The position numbers and the translations under genes are program-made. A stretch of DNA of 64,000 nt from a virus, in the IMG/VR virus record IMGVR_UViG_3300017779_004709, positions 1-64,000 of that record, one strand, 5' to 3'. The notes beneath the pieces are model-generated. The model searched no databases and was not told the origin of the DNA. It worked only from the letters and a program-made list of their open reading frames with translations. Shown here piece after piece: positions 29,852-38,524 of this stretch; positions within the stretch are counted from its first letter, which is position 1, and each line of letters begins with the position of its first letter.

Positions 29852-32065
29852 ATGAATGAGAGAGAAAATATGAACAAAATCAAACACTTTAATCCAATGG
29901 CACTTCGTGAGAAGTATTCTGTTGGTAATCTTAATAAGAAGAACAATTATAGTTCTTTTTGGTTAGGTAATGATTGGGATACCACATCAACTTTTGATGA
30001 TGAGGATAATAAACCCAAAGGTCCTGACCTAATTCAATTAGCGTCTTACAGACGAGCAATCGCTAACTTTGTTAATATCGTAACGAGTCAAGATGTTCCT
30101 GTTACTTTCAACGCGACAGGAGATAGTTATACTGATGGTAAAAAAGTAGTTATCTCATCTAAGTTAGATGACAAACTATTTGATTCAACCGTAGGTTTAG
30201 CACTTCACGAAGGAAGTCATATCAAACTTTCTGATTTTGATTTCTTAAAGAATTTAGAAAATAACATCCCACAAGAATACTTTATTCGTAGTAAGAAAAA
30301 AGGTTATTCTAAAAATGATGTTATGTCTTATGTTAAAAATTTACTTAACTATGTAGAAGATAGGAGAATTGATTTTCATATCTTTTCTAACGCTCCAGGA
30401 TATAAGGGGTATTATCATTCTATGTATGACAAGTATTTTTACTCAAAAGTAATTGATAAAGCACTTGGTACTGATGAGTACACCGAAGAAAATATGGATT
30501 CTTATATGTTCCGTATTATCAACCTTACTAATAAAAATACTGATTTATCTAAACTTAATGGTTTAAGAGATGTTTGGAAAGTTCTTGATATTAAGAATGT
30601 TTCTCGACTAACCAATACTGAATCAGCTTTCAATACCGCACTTGATATTTACAATGTTATTCTTAACAACCTTCCTGATGGTGTTGAGAAAACTGATGAC
30701 AATGGTAATACATCATATGATAGACAAGATGGAAGTGGTAATTCAGAAGAATCTACTGAGGGTAGTGGTTCATCACCTAAGAGTGGTGGTCAAGAAGAAT
30801 CTCGTGAGATTACTGATACAGAATTTGAATCACTTCTTGATTCTATCGAGAAAGGTGAATCAGAAGAAAGTCAAAGTGGTGGTTCCGCAGTTGATACAAG
30901 TGGTATGGATTTACCTGAGTCTAAGAAGAAAGAAAGTAATTCCAAACCAACTTCTCTAAATACTCTATCAGACGCACAGAAGAAAACTCTTGAAAACGCA
31001 ATCAAGAAACAAAAGAAATTTATGGATGGAGATATCCAAAAGAACAAACTTTCTAAGAAAGACAAACAAGCTATTGATTCTATTGACCAAAGTGGAATGT
31101 CTTATAAGGAAGTTGGTAAAGACCTCAAGAAAGATTCTGAGTATGGTAGAAGTGTAAAGTCTACCAAGTGTATCTTGGTTAAGAATTTCAATAAAGCATT
31201 GGTTGATTCTGATACTATTGGAATGATTAGTACTTCTCGTTGGTATAGAGAAGATACAGAAGAAGCAGTAAAAGAAGGTTTAAGACTTGGACAAGTTCTT
31301 GGTAGAAAACTTTCCGTTAGAACTGAATCAAGAGATACCAAGTATACAAGAAAGAACACAGGAAGAATCGACAAGAGATTAATTTCTGAGTTAGGTTTTG
31401 GAAATACTGATGTATTCCAACAGACTTTTGTTGATACTTTTCCAGACGCTTTCCTTCACATCTCAGTAGACGCGAGTGGTTCTATGGGTGGTTCAAAGTG
31501 GACTAACACAATGAAGTCTGTAACCGCTATGGTAAAAGCAATTGATATGATTGAAGGTGTAGATGTGGTTGTGAGTTTCCGTTCCACACAAAATAGTGGT
31601 GGTCATACTCGTAGAAGTTCTACTTACAGACCAATTATGTTAATCGCCTATGATTCTCGTAAGGATAGTTTGGTTAAAGTAAAAACTCTTTTCAAGTATC
31701 TACAACCAAGTGGAACTACTCCTGAAGGTTTATGTTACGAAGCAGTTATGGATGAAATGGTTGAAGGTATGAAAGATAGAGAATCATACTTCCTAAATTT
31801 TTCCGATGGGATGCCGATGTTTCAAAATGATGACTTAGATTATTATCACGGAACAGCTACCAACCATACCAAGAAAATGGTTAAGGAACTTCGTAATCGT
31901 GGAATCAAAGTTTTGAGTTATTTCGTTGGAGATTCAGATTATGACAGAGATAGAAGTATGAGTGATTTCAAAAAAATGTATGGTAAGGATTCTCAATACA
32001 TCGATATAACTTCTGTAACAGCAGTTTCAAGAACTATGAACAAGAAATTCTTGGAAAAGAATTAA
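29852..32065 (+). CDS. vWA-domain protein with N-terminal HExxH metallopeptidase-like motif (CobT-like)
   Basis: LALHEGSHI, NYVEDRRID, acidic linker, MIDAS DASGSMG, SGTTPE, FSDGMP. Confidence 0.85.
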   Translation: MNERENMNKIKHFNPMALREKYSVGNLNKKNNYSSFWLGNDWDTTSTFDDEDNKPKGPDLIQLASYRRAIANFVNIVTSQDVPVTFNATGDSYTDGKKVVISSKLDDKLFDSTVGLALHEGSHIKLSDFDFLKNLENNIPQEYFIRSKKKGYSKNDVMSYVKNLLNYVEDRRIDFHIFSNAPGYKGYYHSMYDKYFYSKVIDKALGTDEYTEENMDSYMFRIINLTNKNTDLSKLNGLRDVWKVLDIKNVSRLTNTESAFNTALDIYNVILNNLPDGVEKTDDNGNTSYDRQDGSGNSEESTEGSGSSPKSGGQEESREITDTEFESLLDSIEKGESEESQSGGSAVDTSGMDLPESKKKESNSKPTSLNTLSDAQKKTLENAIKKQKKFMDGDIQKNKLSKKDKQAIDSIDQSGMSYKEVGKDLKKDSEYGRSVKSTKCILVKNFNKALVDSDTIGMISTSRWYREDTEEAVKEGLRLGQVLGRKLSVRTESRDTKYTRKNTGRIDKRLISELGFGNTDVFQQTFVDTFPDAFLHISVDASGSMGGSKWTNTMKSVTAMVKAIDMIEGVDVVVSFRSTQNSGGHTRRSSTYRPIMLIAYDSRKDSLVKVKTLFKYLQPSGTTPEGLCYEAVMDEMVEGMKDRESYFLNFSDGMPMFQNDDLDYYHGTATNHTKKMVKELRNRGIKVLSYFVGDSDYDRDRSMSDFKKMYGKDSQYIDITSVTAVSRTMNKKFLEKN

Positions 32066-32241
32066 TGATTAAATGGTTTCTCTCAAAGTGGTATAAACAT
32101 AGTCCGACCTGTAATTGTGGTTGGACTATGAAACCCACACAAGTAAGACGAGAGGAATATAGTTGGATATGTATATGGAAAAAATGTGGATGGGAAACCT
32201 ACCAATCGAGTAATGGTAGATTACATTGGTATAGAAGATGA
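32065..32241 (+). CDS. 58-aa Cys/Trp-rich zinc-ribbon-like protein (not in ORF track)
   Basis: TAATG overlap with the vWA stop; MIKWFLSKWYKHSPTCNCGW...CIWKKCGW... Confidence 0.55.
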   Translation: MIKWFLSKWYKHSPTCNCGWTMKPTQVRREEYSWICIWKKCGWETYQSSNGRLHWYRR

Positions 32242-32271
32242 AAAAAAACTTAAAAAAAGTGAAAAAAACAC

Positions 32272-32300
32272 TTGACTTTTACAAAAATTATTCGTAAGAT
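32272..32300 (+). promoter_or_regulatory. Sigma70-type early promoter TTGACT-N17-TAAGAT
   Basis: Third copy. Confidence 0.8.
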
Positions 32301-32323
32301 CAAATATAATCAAAGGGAATTAA

Positions 32324-32416
32324 ATGAAAAACTTACTTTATACAATAGCAGAATTTTTAACAATGGTTTGGATATTCTTTGTATTCGGATTATTAATGGT
32401 ATTGGGAAATATTTAA
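32324..32416 (+). CDS. 30-aa single-TM membrane peptide (not in ORF track)
   Basis: MKNLLYTIAEFLTMVWIFFVFGLLMVLGNI; own promoter and AAAGGGAA RBS. Confidence 0.6.
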   Translation: MKNLLYTIAEFLTMVWIFFVFGLLMVLGNI

Positions 32417-32444
32417 ATTATTTTGAAAATAATGAAAAAAAGAC

Positions 32445-32479
32445 TTGACTTATATACACTTTTTGTTGTAAGATCAGGT
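32445..32479 (+). promoter_or_regulatory. Sigma70-type early promoter TTGACT-N18-TAAGAT-CAGGT-ATG
   Basis: Fourth copy, upstream of the AAA gene. Confidence 0.8.
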
Positions 32480-32525
32480 ATGAGAAATGAGAGATTAACT
32501 AACTTAATAAAGGGAAAAAAAAGTT

Positions 32526-33683
32526 ATGAATAATACAATAGTAAAAATAGAGATGTCGGGTAACCGATATAACGCTTGGGATATTGATGGTAATAAACTT
32601 ACCTCAGAAATCTCAACTTCCACAAGGAAATCAGCTTATGAAGCTGGTATGTGTTTGGAAAAACGAAGTGGAAAAAATGATAGGACTTATTGGTGGAAAG
32701 TTCCAATGAGTAAATTTGACGAGATGTCAGCTCCTGTCATTGATGTTTCATCAGTTGATGTTCCATCAGACCACGCTGAAATGTTGAATTTCATTCATAG
32801 TTCTTATCAACTTAAACCTAAAGGTTTGGTTATGAAAGAACTGAATTGGAAATATTTGGTTAGAGGAGCGGTTCGTGGAAAGAATCTTCTGATGACAGGA
32901 CCCGCTGGTTGTGGTAAAACAATGGCAGCTAAGTCATTGGTAAACGCTTTGGATAGACCTGACTTCTACTTTAACTTAGGAGCGACTCAAGATCCTCGTT
33001 CAACTTTAATTGGTAATACTCACTTTGATAAGAAGAAAGGAACTTACTTTTCTGAATCATTGTTTGTTACCGCAATCAAGACACCAAACGCTGTGATTCT
33101 ACTTGATGAGTTATCAAGAGCTCATCCAGACGCTTGGAATATTCTGATGACCGTTTTAGATAGTGGTCAAAGATATTTGAGAATTGATGAATCAGATGGT
33201 TCTGAAACCGTACCTGTCGCTGAAGGTGTTACATTCGTCGCGACCGCTAATATCGGTAACGAATACACTTCTACTCGTGTTATGGATAAAGCACTTATGG
33301 ATAGATTCACTATCGTAGAAATGGATGTTCTTTCTGATGAAGAAGAATATGGTCTTTTGACTTATATGTTTCCTCATGTCGATCCTGACTTACTAAAGTC
33401 TGTTTCAGAAATCGCCCATCAAACTCGTTCCGAGTCTAAGAACGATAGTGGTAGAATCTCCAATGGAATCTCCACGAGAACTTCTGTGGAAATCGCAGGA
33501 TTACTCTATGATGGTTTTGGTTTAGATGAAGCCGCTGAAGTTACGGTTTACCCTCAGTTTTCTGAGGATGGTGGAATGGAGTCCGAGAGAACTTATGTGA
33601 AACAGCTCGTTCAGAAGTATGTTTCCGATGGAAGTTCTGATGACTTATTCAATGAAGAAGAAATCGAAAACGCTAATCTCTAA
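32526..33683 (+). CDS. MoxR/CbbQ/CobS-type AAA+ ATPase
   Basis: Walker A GPAGCGKT, Walker B ILLDELSR, ATANIG, DKALMDRF. Confidence 0.9.
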   Translation: MNNTIVKIEMSGNRYNAWDIDGNKLTSEISTSTRKSAYEAGMCLEKRSGKNDRTYWWKVPMSKFDEMSAPVIDVSSVDVPSDHAEMLNFIHSSYQLKPKGLVMKELNWKYLVRGAVRGKNLLMTGPAGCGKTMAAKSLVNALDRPDFYFNLGATQDPRSTLIGNTHFDKKKGTYFSESLFVTAIKTPNAVILLDELSRAHPDAWNILMTVLDSGQRYLRIDESDGSETVPVAEGVTFVATANIGNEYTSTRVMDKALMDRFTIVEMDVLSDEEEYGLLTYMFPHVDPDLLKSVSEIAHQTRSESKNDSGRISNGISTRTSVEIAGLLYDGFGLDEAAEVTVYPQFSEDGGMESERTYVKQLVQKYVSDGSSDDLFNEEEIENANL

Positions 33684-33695
33684 GATTAGTATCAA

Positions 33696-33727
33696 AGAAG
33701 AAACCGCTTTAAATAGTGGTTTCTTCT
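33696..33727 (+). terminator. Terminator hairpin
   Basis: AGAAGAAACCGCT-N6-AGTGGTTTCTTCT after the AAA stop. Confidence 0.65.
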
Positions 33728-33763
33728 ATATCATTTAACTACTTATTATAAGGATAATAAATA

Positions 33764-33973
33764 ATGGATAAAACCCTAAAAAAGAAATTGGACAAACTTA
33801 CAGATCAAGATTTGTTTATGAACGAAGATGTAAGATTGACTTATATTGAAAATGTTGTAAGGAAACTAAAACAAGGTGTGTATCCTACATCCAATTTAAA
33901 GCGTCTTGACTATTTGATTAAACGACATAATCGAATTAAAGAGATGAAAAAAGATTTGAAAAAAAGAGGTTAG
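33764..33973 (+). CDS. Hypothetical protein
   Basis: 69-aa ORF, AAGGA RBS. Confidence 0.55.
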   Translation: MDKTLKKKLDKLTDQDLFMNEDVRLTYIENVVRKLKQGVYPTSNLKRLDYLIKRHNRIKEMKKDLKKRG

Positions 33974-34045
33974 TTCCTCTCTCTCAGAGGTGGTATCATT
34001 CCCCTTTATTGGTATCACCTCGCATTTTTAGGAAAGGGAACTAAC
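33969..34045 (+). ncRNA. Candidate small structured RNA (nested hairpin)
   Basis: GTTAGTTCC/GGAACTAAC outer stem; GAGGTGGTATCA/TGGTATCACCTC inner stem; pyrimidine-rich unpaired segments. Confidence 0.45.
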
Positions 34046-34052
34046 ACAAACT

Positions 34053-34529
34053 ATGGGAGTGCATATGAAAAGGATAATAGAAGGTGTGTTAGAAGATTTA
34101 GTTGGTAGTGAATTAAATTTTGAATCAAAAACTGCAAGAGATACAATTACAAAATTAGTAACATCAGCATTAAGAAGTGAAGGTACTTATATTAAAAATA
34201 ATGAAATAAAATCAACACCAAATGATTTAAAACTTGGTGGTAAAGTACGAGAACTTAGTAATCAAATTTACAGAGAAATGACAGCAGATGGATTACCAAT
34301 TGGTGGAGATGTAGAGGCAGTATTGGAATCACAGAGGTTAGCAGAAGAAATAGTAAATGGGAAAAATGACGATTGGATATATGAATCACCAGATGGTGGA
34401 GAAACTGTATTCAGAAGAAAATTCGAGGATTATAATCCTGAAAATAAGGAACATATAGATTGGGAAACCAAAGAACCAACGGGCAAAACTTTTTTAGAGT
34501 ATCCGTGGCACAAGAAAGATGAAAGATAA
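34053..34529 (+). CDS. Hypothetical protein
   Basis: 158 aa containing WIYESPDGGETVFRR. Confidence 0.6.
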   Translation: MGVHMKRIIEGVLEDLVGSELNFESKTARDTITKLVTSALRSEGTYIKNNEIKSTPNDLKLGGKVRELSNQIYREMTADGLPIGGDVEAVLESQRLAEEIVNGKNDDWIYESPDGGETVFRRKFEDYNPENKEHIDWETKEPTGKTFLEYPWHKKDER

Positions 34530-34704
34530 ATGTGTAACTTGTGGAGTTGATAGTATCTTTGATTTGAAAGAACACATAAAATTTAGAATAGGTTATATTC
34601 GAGGAGTAGGTCAATTGTGTTTGGGGTGTTATGATGAAATTTATTTTAAATCAAAAACCGAAAAGGAAATGAAAAATGAAAATGGAACAATGGTCAGGCT
34701 TTGA
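34519..34704 (+). CDS. Small zinc-finger protein
   Basis: CVTCG...GQLCLGC. Confidence 0.65.
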   Translation: MKDKCVTCGVDSIFDLKEHIKFRIGYIRGVGQLCLGCYDEIYFKSKTEKEMKNENGTMVRL

Positions 34705-34984
34705 TAAGTACTGCGTAATGTTAAACGGAGAAGGTTCTACTGCAAAGGGAGCAAGAATGGGATATCAGGCATACTTAGACTTTAAAAGAGTAAAAGAAGC
34801 TTTACATCAGATATCAAAGTCAGATAGTGGTTATTCTTATGATGGTAATATTTATAGTAAGAGTATTACATCCTCAAGGGCCACACAAATTTTAATGAAA
34901 TTAGAAGAAGCCAAATGGGATGATGATATAATTATAGTAGCTAAACAAATAGGTGCTGACAGCATGTTATCACCGAGACGATAG
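34676..34984 (+). CDS. Hypothetical protein
   Basis: 102-aa ORF in the + strand operon. Confidence 0.5.
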   Translation: MKMEQWSGFDKYCVMLNGEGSTAKGARMGYQAYLDFKRVKEALHQISKSDSGYSYDGNIYSKSITSSRATQILMKLEEAKWDDDIIIVAKQIGADSMLSPRR

Positions 34985-35022
34985 GGGAAACTTATTTCTC
35001 TTATCGGTATAGGAGAAATAAA

Positions 35023-35508
35023 ATGGCAAAGAAACCAGCGTCGTTTGAGTATAACGGCACACTTGTTAAAGTTTTAGATGGAGATACAATCGATTGTTAT
35101 ATTGATTTGGGTTTCGATTTAAAAATTAAAAAAAGAATTAGATATATGGGTATTGATACTTGGGAAAGTAGAACTCGTGATTTAGATGAAAAGAAAAAAG
35201 GACTAGCAGCCAAAGCTCGTAACAAAGAGTTATTAGAGGCTGGTACTTTCAAGATAGTTTCACATGGAACTGGTAAGTTCGGTAGAGTATTGGGTGAGAT
35301 ATTTGTTTCACCAGATGCAGTAGGACACGAAGTATCAGAAAATGTTGATAAATCATCTGATGGATTGGTTAGTATTAATGATATACTGATCAATGAAGGA
35401 CACGCTTACGAGTACGATGGTGGTAAGAAAAAGAAATTTGTCGCTGAAATACAAACAGAAAAGGCAGCTAAGAAAGAAGATTTAGTTGATAAACCAGCAG
35501 AGGAATAA
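35023..35508 (+). CDS. Thermonuclease (SNase-like)
   Basis: VLDGDTID, RIRYMGIDTWES, GKFGRVLG, LINEGHA. Confidence 0.9.
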   Translation: MAKKPASFEYNGTLVKVLDGDTIDCYIDLGFDLKIKKRIRYMGIDTWESRTRDLDEKKKGLAAKARNKELLEAGTFKIVSHGTGKFGRVLGEIFVSPDAVGHEVSENVDKSSDGLVSINDILINEGHAYEYDGGKKKKFVAEIQTEKAAKKEDLVDKPAEE

Positions 35509-35509
35509 A

Positions 35510-35587
35510 ATGACATACGAAATAGTAGTAAGTTACTCTACTGAAAACACTACCCAGCTATACAAGTATTATTACTGGGAAGAATAA
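35510..35587 (+). CDS. 25-aa peptide (not in ORF track)
   Basis: MTYEIVVSYSTENTTQLYKYYYWEE; GAGG RBS; tightly packed with neighbours. Confidence 0.35.
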   Translation: MTYEIVVSYSTENTTQLYKYYYWEE

Positions 35588-35589
35588 AA

Positions 35590-35736
35590 ATGAATAAGTG
35601 GGATAGAGTAGAGAAGAAACCAAAAAGAATTAAGTATACCAAACAAGATGAACTTTTTGATTATCTAAAAATGGGATTAATTATTTTGGTGGGATATCTA
35701 TTCTTCCACTTTATAATAATGGGATGGACATTATGA
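35590..35736 (+). CDS. 48-aa membrane protein (not in ORF track)
   Basis: MNKWDRVEKK...MGLIILVGYLFFHFIIMGWTL. Confidence 0.5.
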   Translation: MNKWDRVEKKPKRIKYTKQDELFDYLKMGLIILVGYLFFHFIIMGWTL

Positions 35737-35900
35737 AATATAAGGTTATAAAAGACTATCCAACAGCAAATGGTATTCTTTATAAAGATGAGTTAGTTAA
35801 TGAAGCAGGTAACTCTACTTTAAAGGGGCATATCAGAGTTAAGGATAATATGGGCCGAATTTGGTTCGTACCGAAACAAACAATAAAAAAAATAAAATAG
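35733..35900 (+). CDS. 55-aa hypothetical protein (not in ORF track)
   Basis: ATGA overlap; MKYKVIKDYPTANGILYKDE...IRVKDNMGRIWFVPK. Confidence 0.55.
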   Translation: MKYKVIKDYPTANGILYKDELVNEAGNSTLKGHIRVKDNMGRIWFVPKQTIKKIK

Positions 35901-35912
35901 CATAAAAAACCT

Positions 35913-35944
35913 ATCGTTTGGGATTTTTTGTGTATATATATATT
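35913..35944 (+). promoter_or_regulatory. Putative phage promoter ATCGTTTGGGA-N10-ATATATATATT driving the ncRNA
   Basis: Near-identical to the sheath promoter at 4807-4838. Confidence 0.6.
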
Positions 35945-35945
35945 A

Positions 35946-36523
35946 TGTCTTTCGGGACAAAAGTTTTTTGACAAATTGAAAATGGAAAGTAGAGAGACTA
36001 ATTATCTCTCTATGGGATTGACCGAACAATGAGTGACTTCGAAGCTCATAAGGTAATCCGCTCTTAGACTCGTGGTGAGTTGGTATTCGGGTAAATGTTC
36101 AAAATACCTTGCGACAGCATTAAGAGAATGTACTTTCAGATAAAATTAAGAACGCGATTCTTAGACCTTGTTATGGGTAAGGGTAAAACCGAAATCCCAT
36201 CTTGTGACCGAATAAACTAAACTCAGAGAGTTAAGGTAATGGCACAGAGGTTGTACTCACTTTGACGATGACTAACCATCATTGAGGAGAACCAAAGTAA
36301 CTTTTGGGTGTTAGGTACAAGGTAAAAAAAATCTGAGTCTGAAAGTTGTAGGTATTCGCAAATCCTACATCCCCAAATTTTCATTTTTGGAAGGTATCTT
36401 TACAGATTGAAAAGATGAGAAGGGTGTTATTGTATTCCCTAACTTTCCATTTATTTAGGTGGTGAGGCTTTCTTACATATACCCGATAATTTTAATTATC
36501 TAAAACTCACCACCTTTTTTTTT
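35946..36523 (+). ncRNA. Large ornate structured non-coding RNA, family unassigned
   Basis: No ORF >=60 aa on the + strand; 11-bp closing helix 35980-90/36442-52; more than 12 internal helices; long-range 36132-40/36338-46; 5' UUCG hairpin; 3' terminator. Confidence 0.8.
36457..36523 (+). terminator. Terminator-like stem ending the ncRNA
   Basis: AGGTGGTGAG(36457-66)/CTCACCACCT(36506-15) followed by a T-run. Confidence 0.7.
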
Positions 36524-36536
36524 AGCAAAAAATTTG

Positions 36537-36570
36537 TGTTGTTTTTAAAACAAACCAATACTTATAGTTG
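36537..36570 (+). promoter_or_regulatory. Putative phage promoter TGTTGTTTTT-N11-ATACTTATAGTTG
   Basis: Matches the tube-gene motif at 7459. Confidence 0.55.
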
Positions 36571-36632
36571 TACAGAAAAATATGTACAATTACAAAATAA
36601 CAAATAAACATAAACAAATAAGGAGATAACAA

Positions 36633-37403
36633 ATGGATATTGAAGCCGTAAGAAAGCGACTAAACCAGTTACAAACCTCAACTACAAGAACAACAAACTT
36701 GTGGAAACCTCAACCAGGAAAGACACAAATCCGTCTTTTACCTTACAAACTAAATCAAGAAGTTCCTTTTATCGAACTATTCTTTCATTATGATTTAGGT
36801 GGAAAGTCTTATCTTTCACCAATCTCATTTGGTAGACCAGATCCGATTGAAGAATTTGCTGAAAAACTAAAGTCAAGTGGAAATCGTGAAGATTGGAGAC
36901 TTGGTAAGAAGTTAGAAGCAAAACTCAGAACTTTTGCACCAGTTTGTGTTCGTGGTGAAGAAAACCAAGGCTCTAAGTTTTGGGGATTTGGTAAAACCGT
37001 ATATCAAGAACTACTATCAATTATAGCAGATCCTGATTATGGTGATATTAGTGATCCAGTTAATGGACGCGATGTAGTGGTTGAATTCCTAACAGCTGAA
37101 GAAACAGGAGCGTCGTTTCTTAAGACTAACATCCGTGTTAAACCAAACCAAACACCAGTTACAGAAGATAAAGCAGTTTTATCTACATTACTTGATGACC
37201 AAAAAGATATCCGTGAGGTATATAATGAGTTAAGTTATGATGAACTTGCAGAAGCTTTACAAGATTGGTTAAACCCAAGTGAAGATGGTGAAGATAAAGG
37301 CTCAGACAATTCCGTACCAGCATCAACAACAAAGAAATTAGAAAGTGCAGTAACAAACACTTCTAATGTTAGTGATGCTTTTGATGACCTGTTTAATAAA
37401 TAG
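36633..37403 (+). CDS. Single-stranded DNA-binding protein (T4 gp32-like)
   Basis: LWKPQPGK..IRLLP, WGFGKTVY, DPVNGRD, acidic tail DAFDDLF. Confidence 0.85.
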   Translation: MDIEAVRKRLNQLQTSTTRTTNLWKPQPGKTQIRLLPYKLNQEVPFIELFFHYDLGGKSYLSPISFGRPDPIEEFAEKLKSSGNREDWRLGKKLEAKLRTFAPVCVRGEENQGSKFWGFGKTVYQELLSIIADPDYGDISDPVNGRDVVVEFLTAEETGASFLKTNIRVKPNQTPVTEDKAVLSTLLDDQKDIREVYNELSYDELAEALQDWLNPSEDGEDKGSDNSVPASTTKKLESAVTNTSNVSDAFDDLFNK

Positions 37404-37417
37404 AAAAGGAGACATAT

Positions 37418-38524
37418 ATGTCTATATCAGCAAAAGATGAACTTGCACAAGTTCTTGCCGATAACCTTAATAAGCAGTTCAAGGATACGAAAGTAGCCTA
37501 TTTCTTAGATGGTTCAAATGCTACACCAACAGATGTAAAGGAATTTATATCAACTGGTTCATCAATTTTAGATCTAGCAATCTCCAATCGTCCTAATGGT
37601 GGAATAGCCGTAGGACGAATTACGGAGATAAATGGTTTAGAATCAAGTGGTAAATCTCTAATAGGAACTCACATTCTTTCAGAAACTCAGAAGAAAGGTG
37701 GTATAGCAGTTTATATCGATACCGAAACTTCTGTTAGTAGAGAATGGTTAGAAACTATTGGTGTTAATGTTCAAGACTTGTTATATCTTCATGTCGAAAC
37801 CGTAGAAGATATATTTCAATGTATTGAAAACATTGTTACCAAGATTAGGGAATCAGATAGAGATAGGTTAGTTACAATCCTCGTGGATAGTTTAGCAGGG
37901 GCATCGACCAAAGTAGAGATGGAAGCCGATTTCGAGAAAGATGGATGGGCAACAAGTAAAGCAATTATCGTTTCTAAAGCGATGAGGAAGGTTACACAAA
38001 TGATTGGTAGAGAAAGAATAGCTCTTGTCTTTACTAATCAACTCAGACAGAAACTCGGAGTAATGTTCGGTGATCCTTGGACAACAAGTGGTGGTAAGGC
38101 ATTACCATTTCACTCATCAACTCGTATTCGTTTAAAGAATATGGGACAAATCAAAGATACAGCAAAAAATGTATTGGGTATGAAAACTCGATGTCAGATT
38201 ATCAAGAATCGTTTAGGCCCACCATTACGACATGCCGATTTCAATTTATACTTCGATAGTGGTATAGATGATATGGGAAGTTGGTTAACGGTCCTGAAAG
38301 AACACAAACTCTTGAAAGTTGCTGGAGCTTGGTACACTTTAGAATATAAAGGTAAGGATATCAAATTTCAATCTAAAGACTTTGATAAGAAGTTGAAAGA
38401 AACTGATGGACTACAAGAACACCTTTATGATTTAATCTGTGAAGCATCCATACTGAAATACCAATCAAAAGATTTAGGTATTGATGATGTGGTTTACACA
38501 GATGAAGTGATTGGTGATGAATAA
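37418..38524 (+). CDS. recA: RecA/UvsX recombinase
   Basis: ISTGS..LD, GRITEINGLESSGKS, YIDTE, VDSLA, FTNQLR, TSGGKAL.FHSS.R. Confidence 0.92.
   Translation: MSISAKDELAQVLADNLNKQFKDTKVAYFLDGSNATPTDVKEFISTGSSILDLAISNRPNGGIAVGRITEINGLESSGKSLIGTHILSETQKKGGIAVYIDTETSVSREWLETIGVNVQDLLYLHVETVEDIFQCIENIVTKIRESDRDRLVTILVDSLAGASTKVEMEADFEKDGWATSKAIIVSKAMRKVTQMIGRERIALVFTNQLRQKLGVMFGDPWTTSGGKALPFHSSTRIRLKNMGQIKDTAKNVLGMKTRCQIIKNRLGPPLRHADFNLYFDSGIDDMGSWLTVLKEHKLLKVAGAWYTLEYKGKDIKFQSKDFDKKLKETDGLQEHLYDLICEASILKYQSKDLGIDDVVYTDEVIGDE

Noticed and set aside
29286-32479. Repeated ~35-nt elements as CRISPR or mobile-element repeats
   Set aside because: Irregularly spaced, variable in the middle and located before genes; explained as promoters
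35946-36523. tmRNA, RNase P RNA, tRNA cluster or group I/II intron identity for the ncRNA
   Set aside because: No tRNA-like GGGG...CCA ends or T-loop, no GAGGAAAGTCC, no interrupted gene, no GTGCG start or domain V, and no RT nearby
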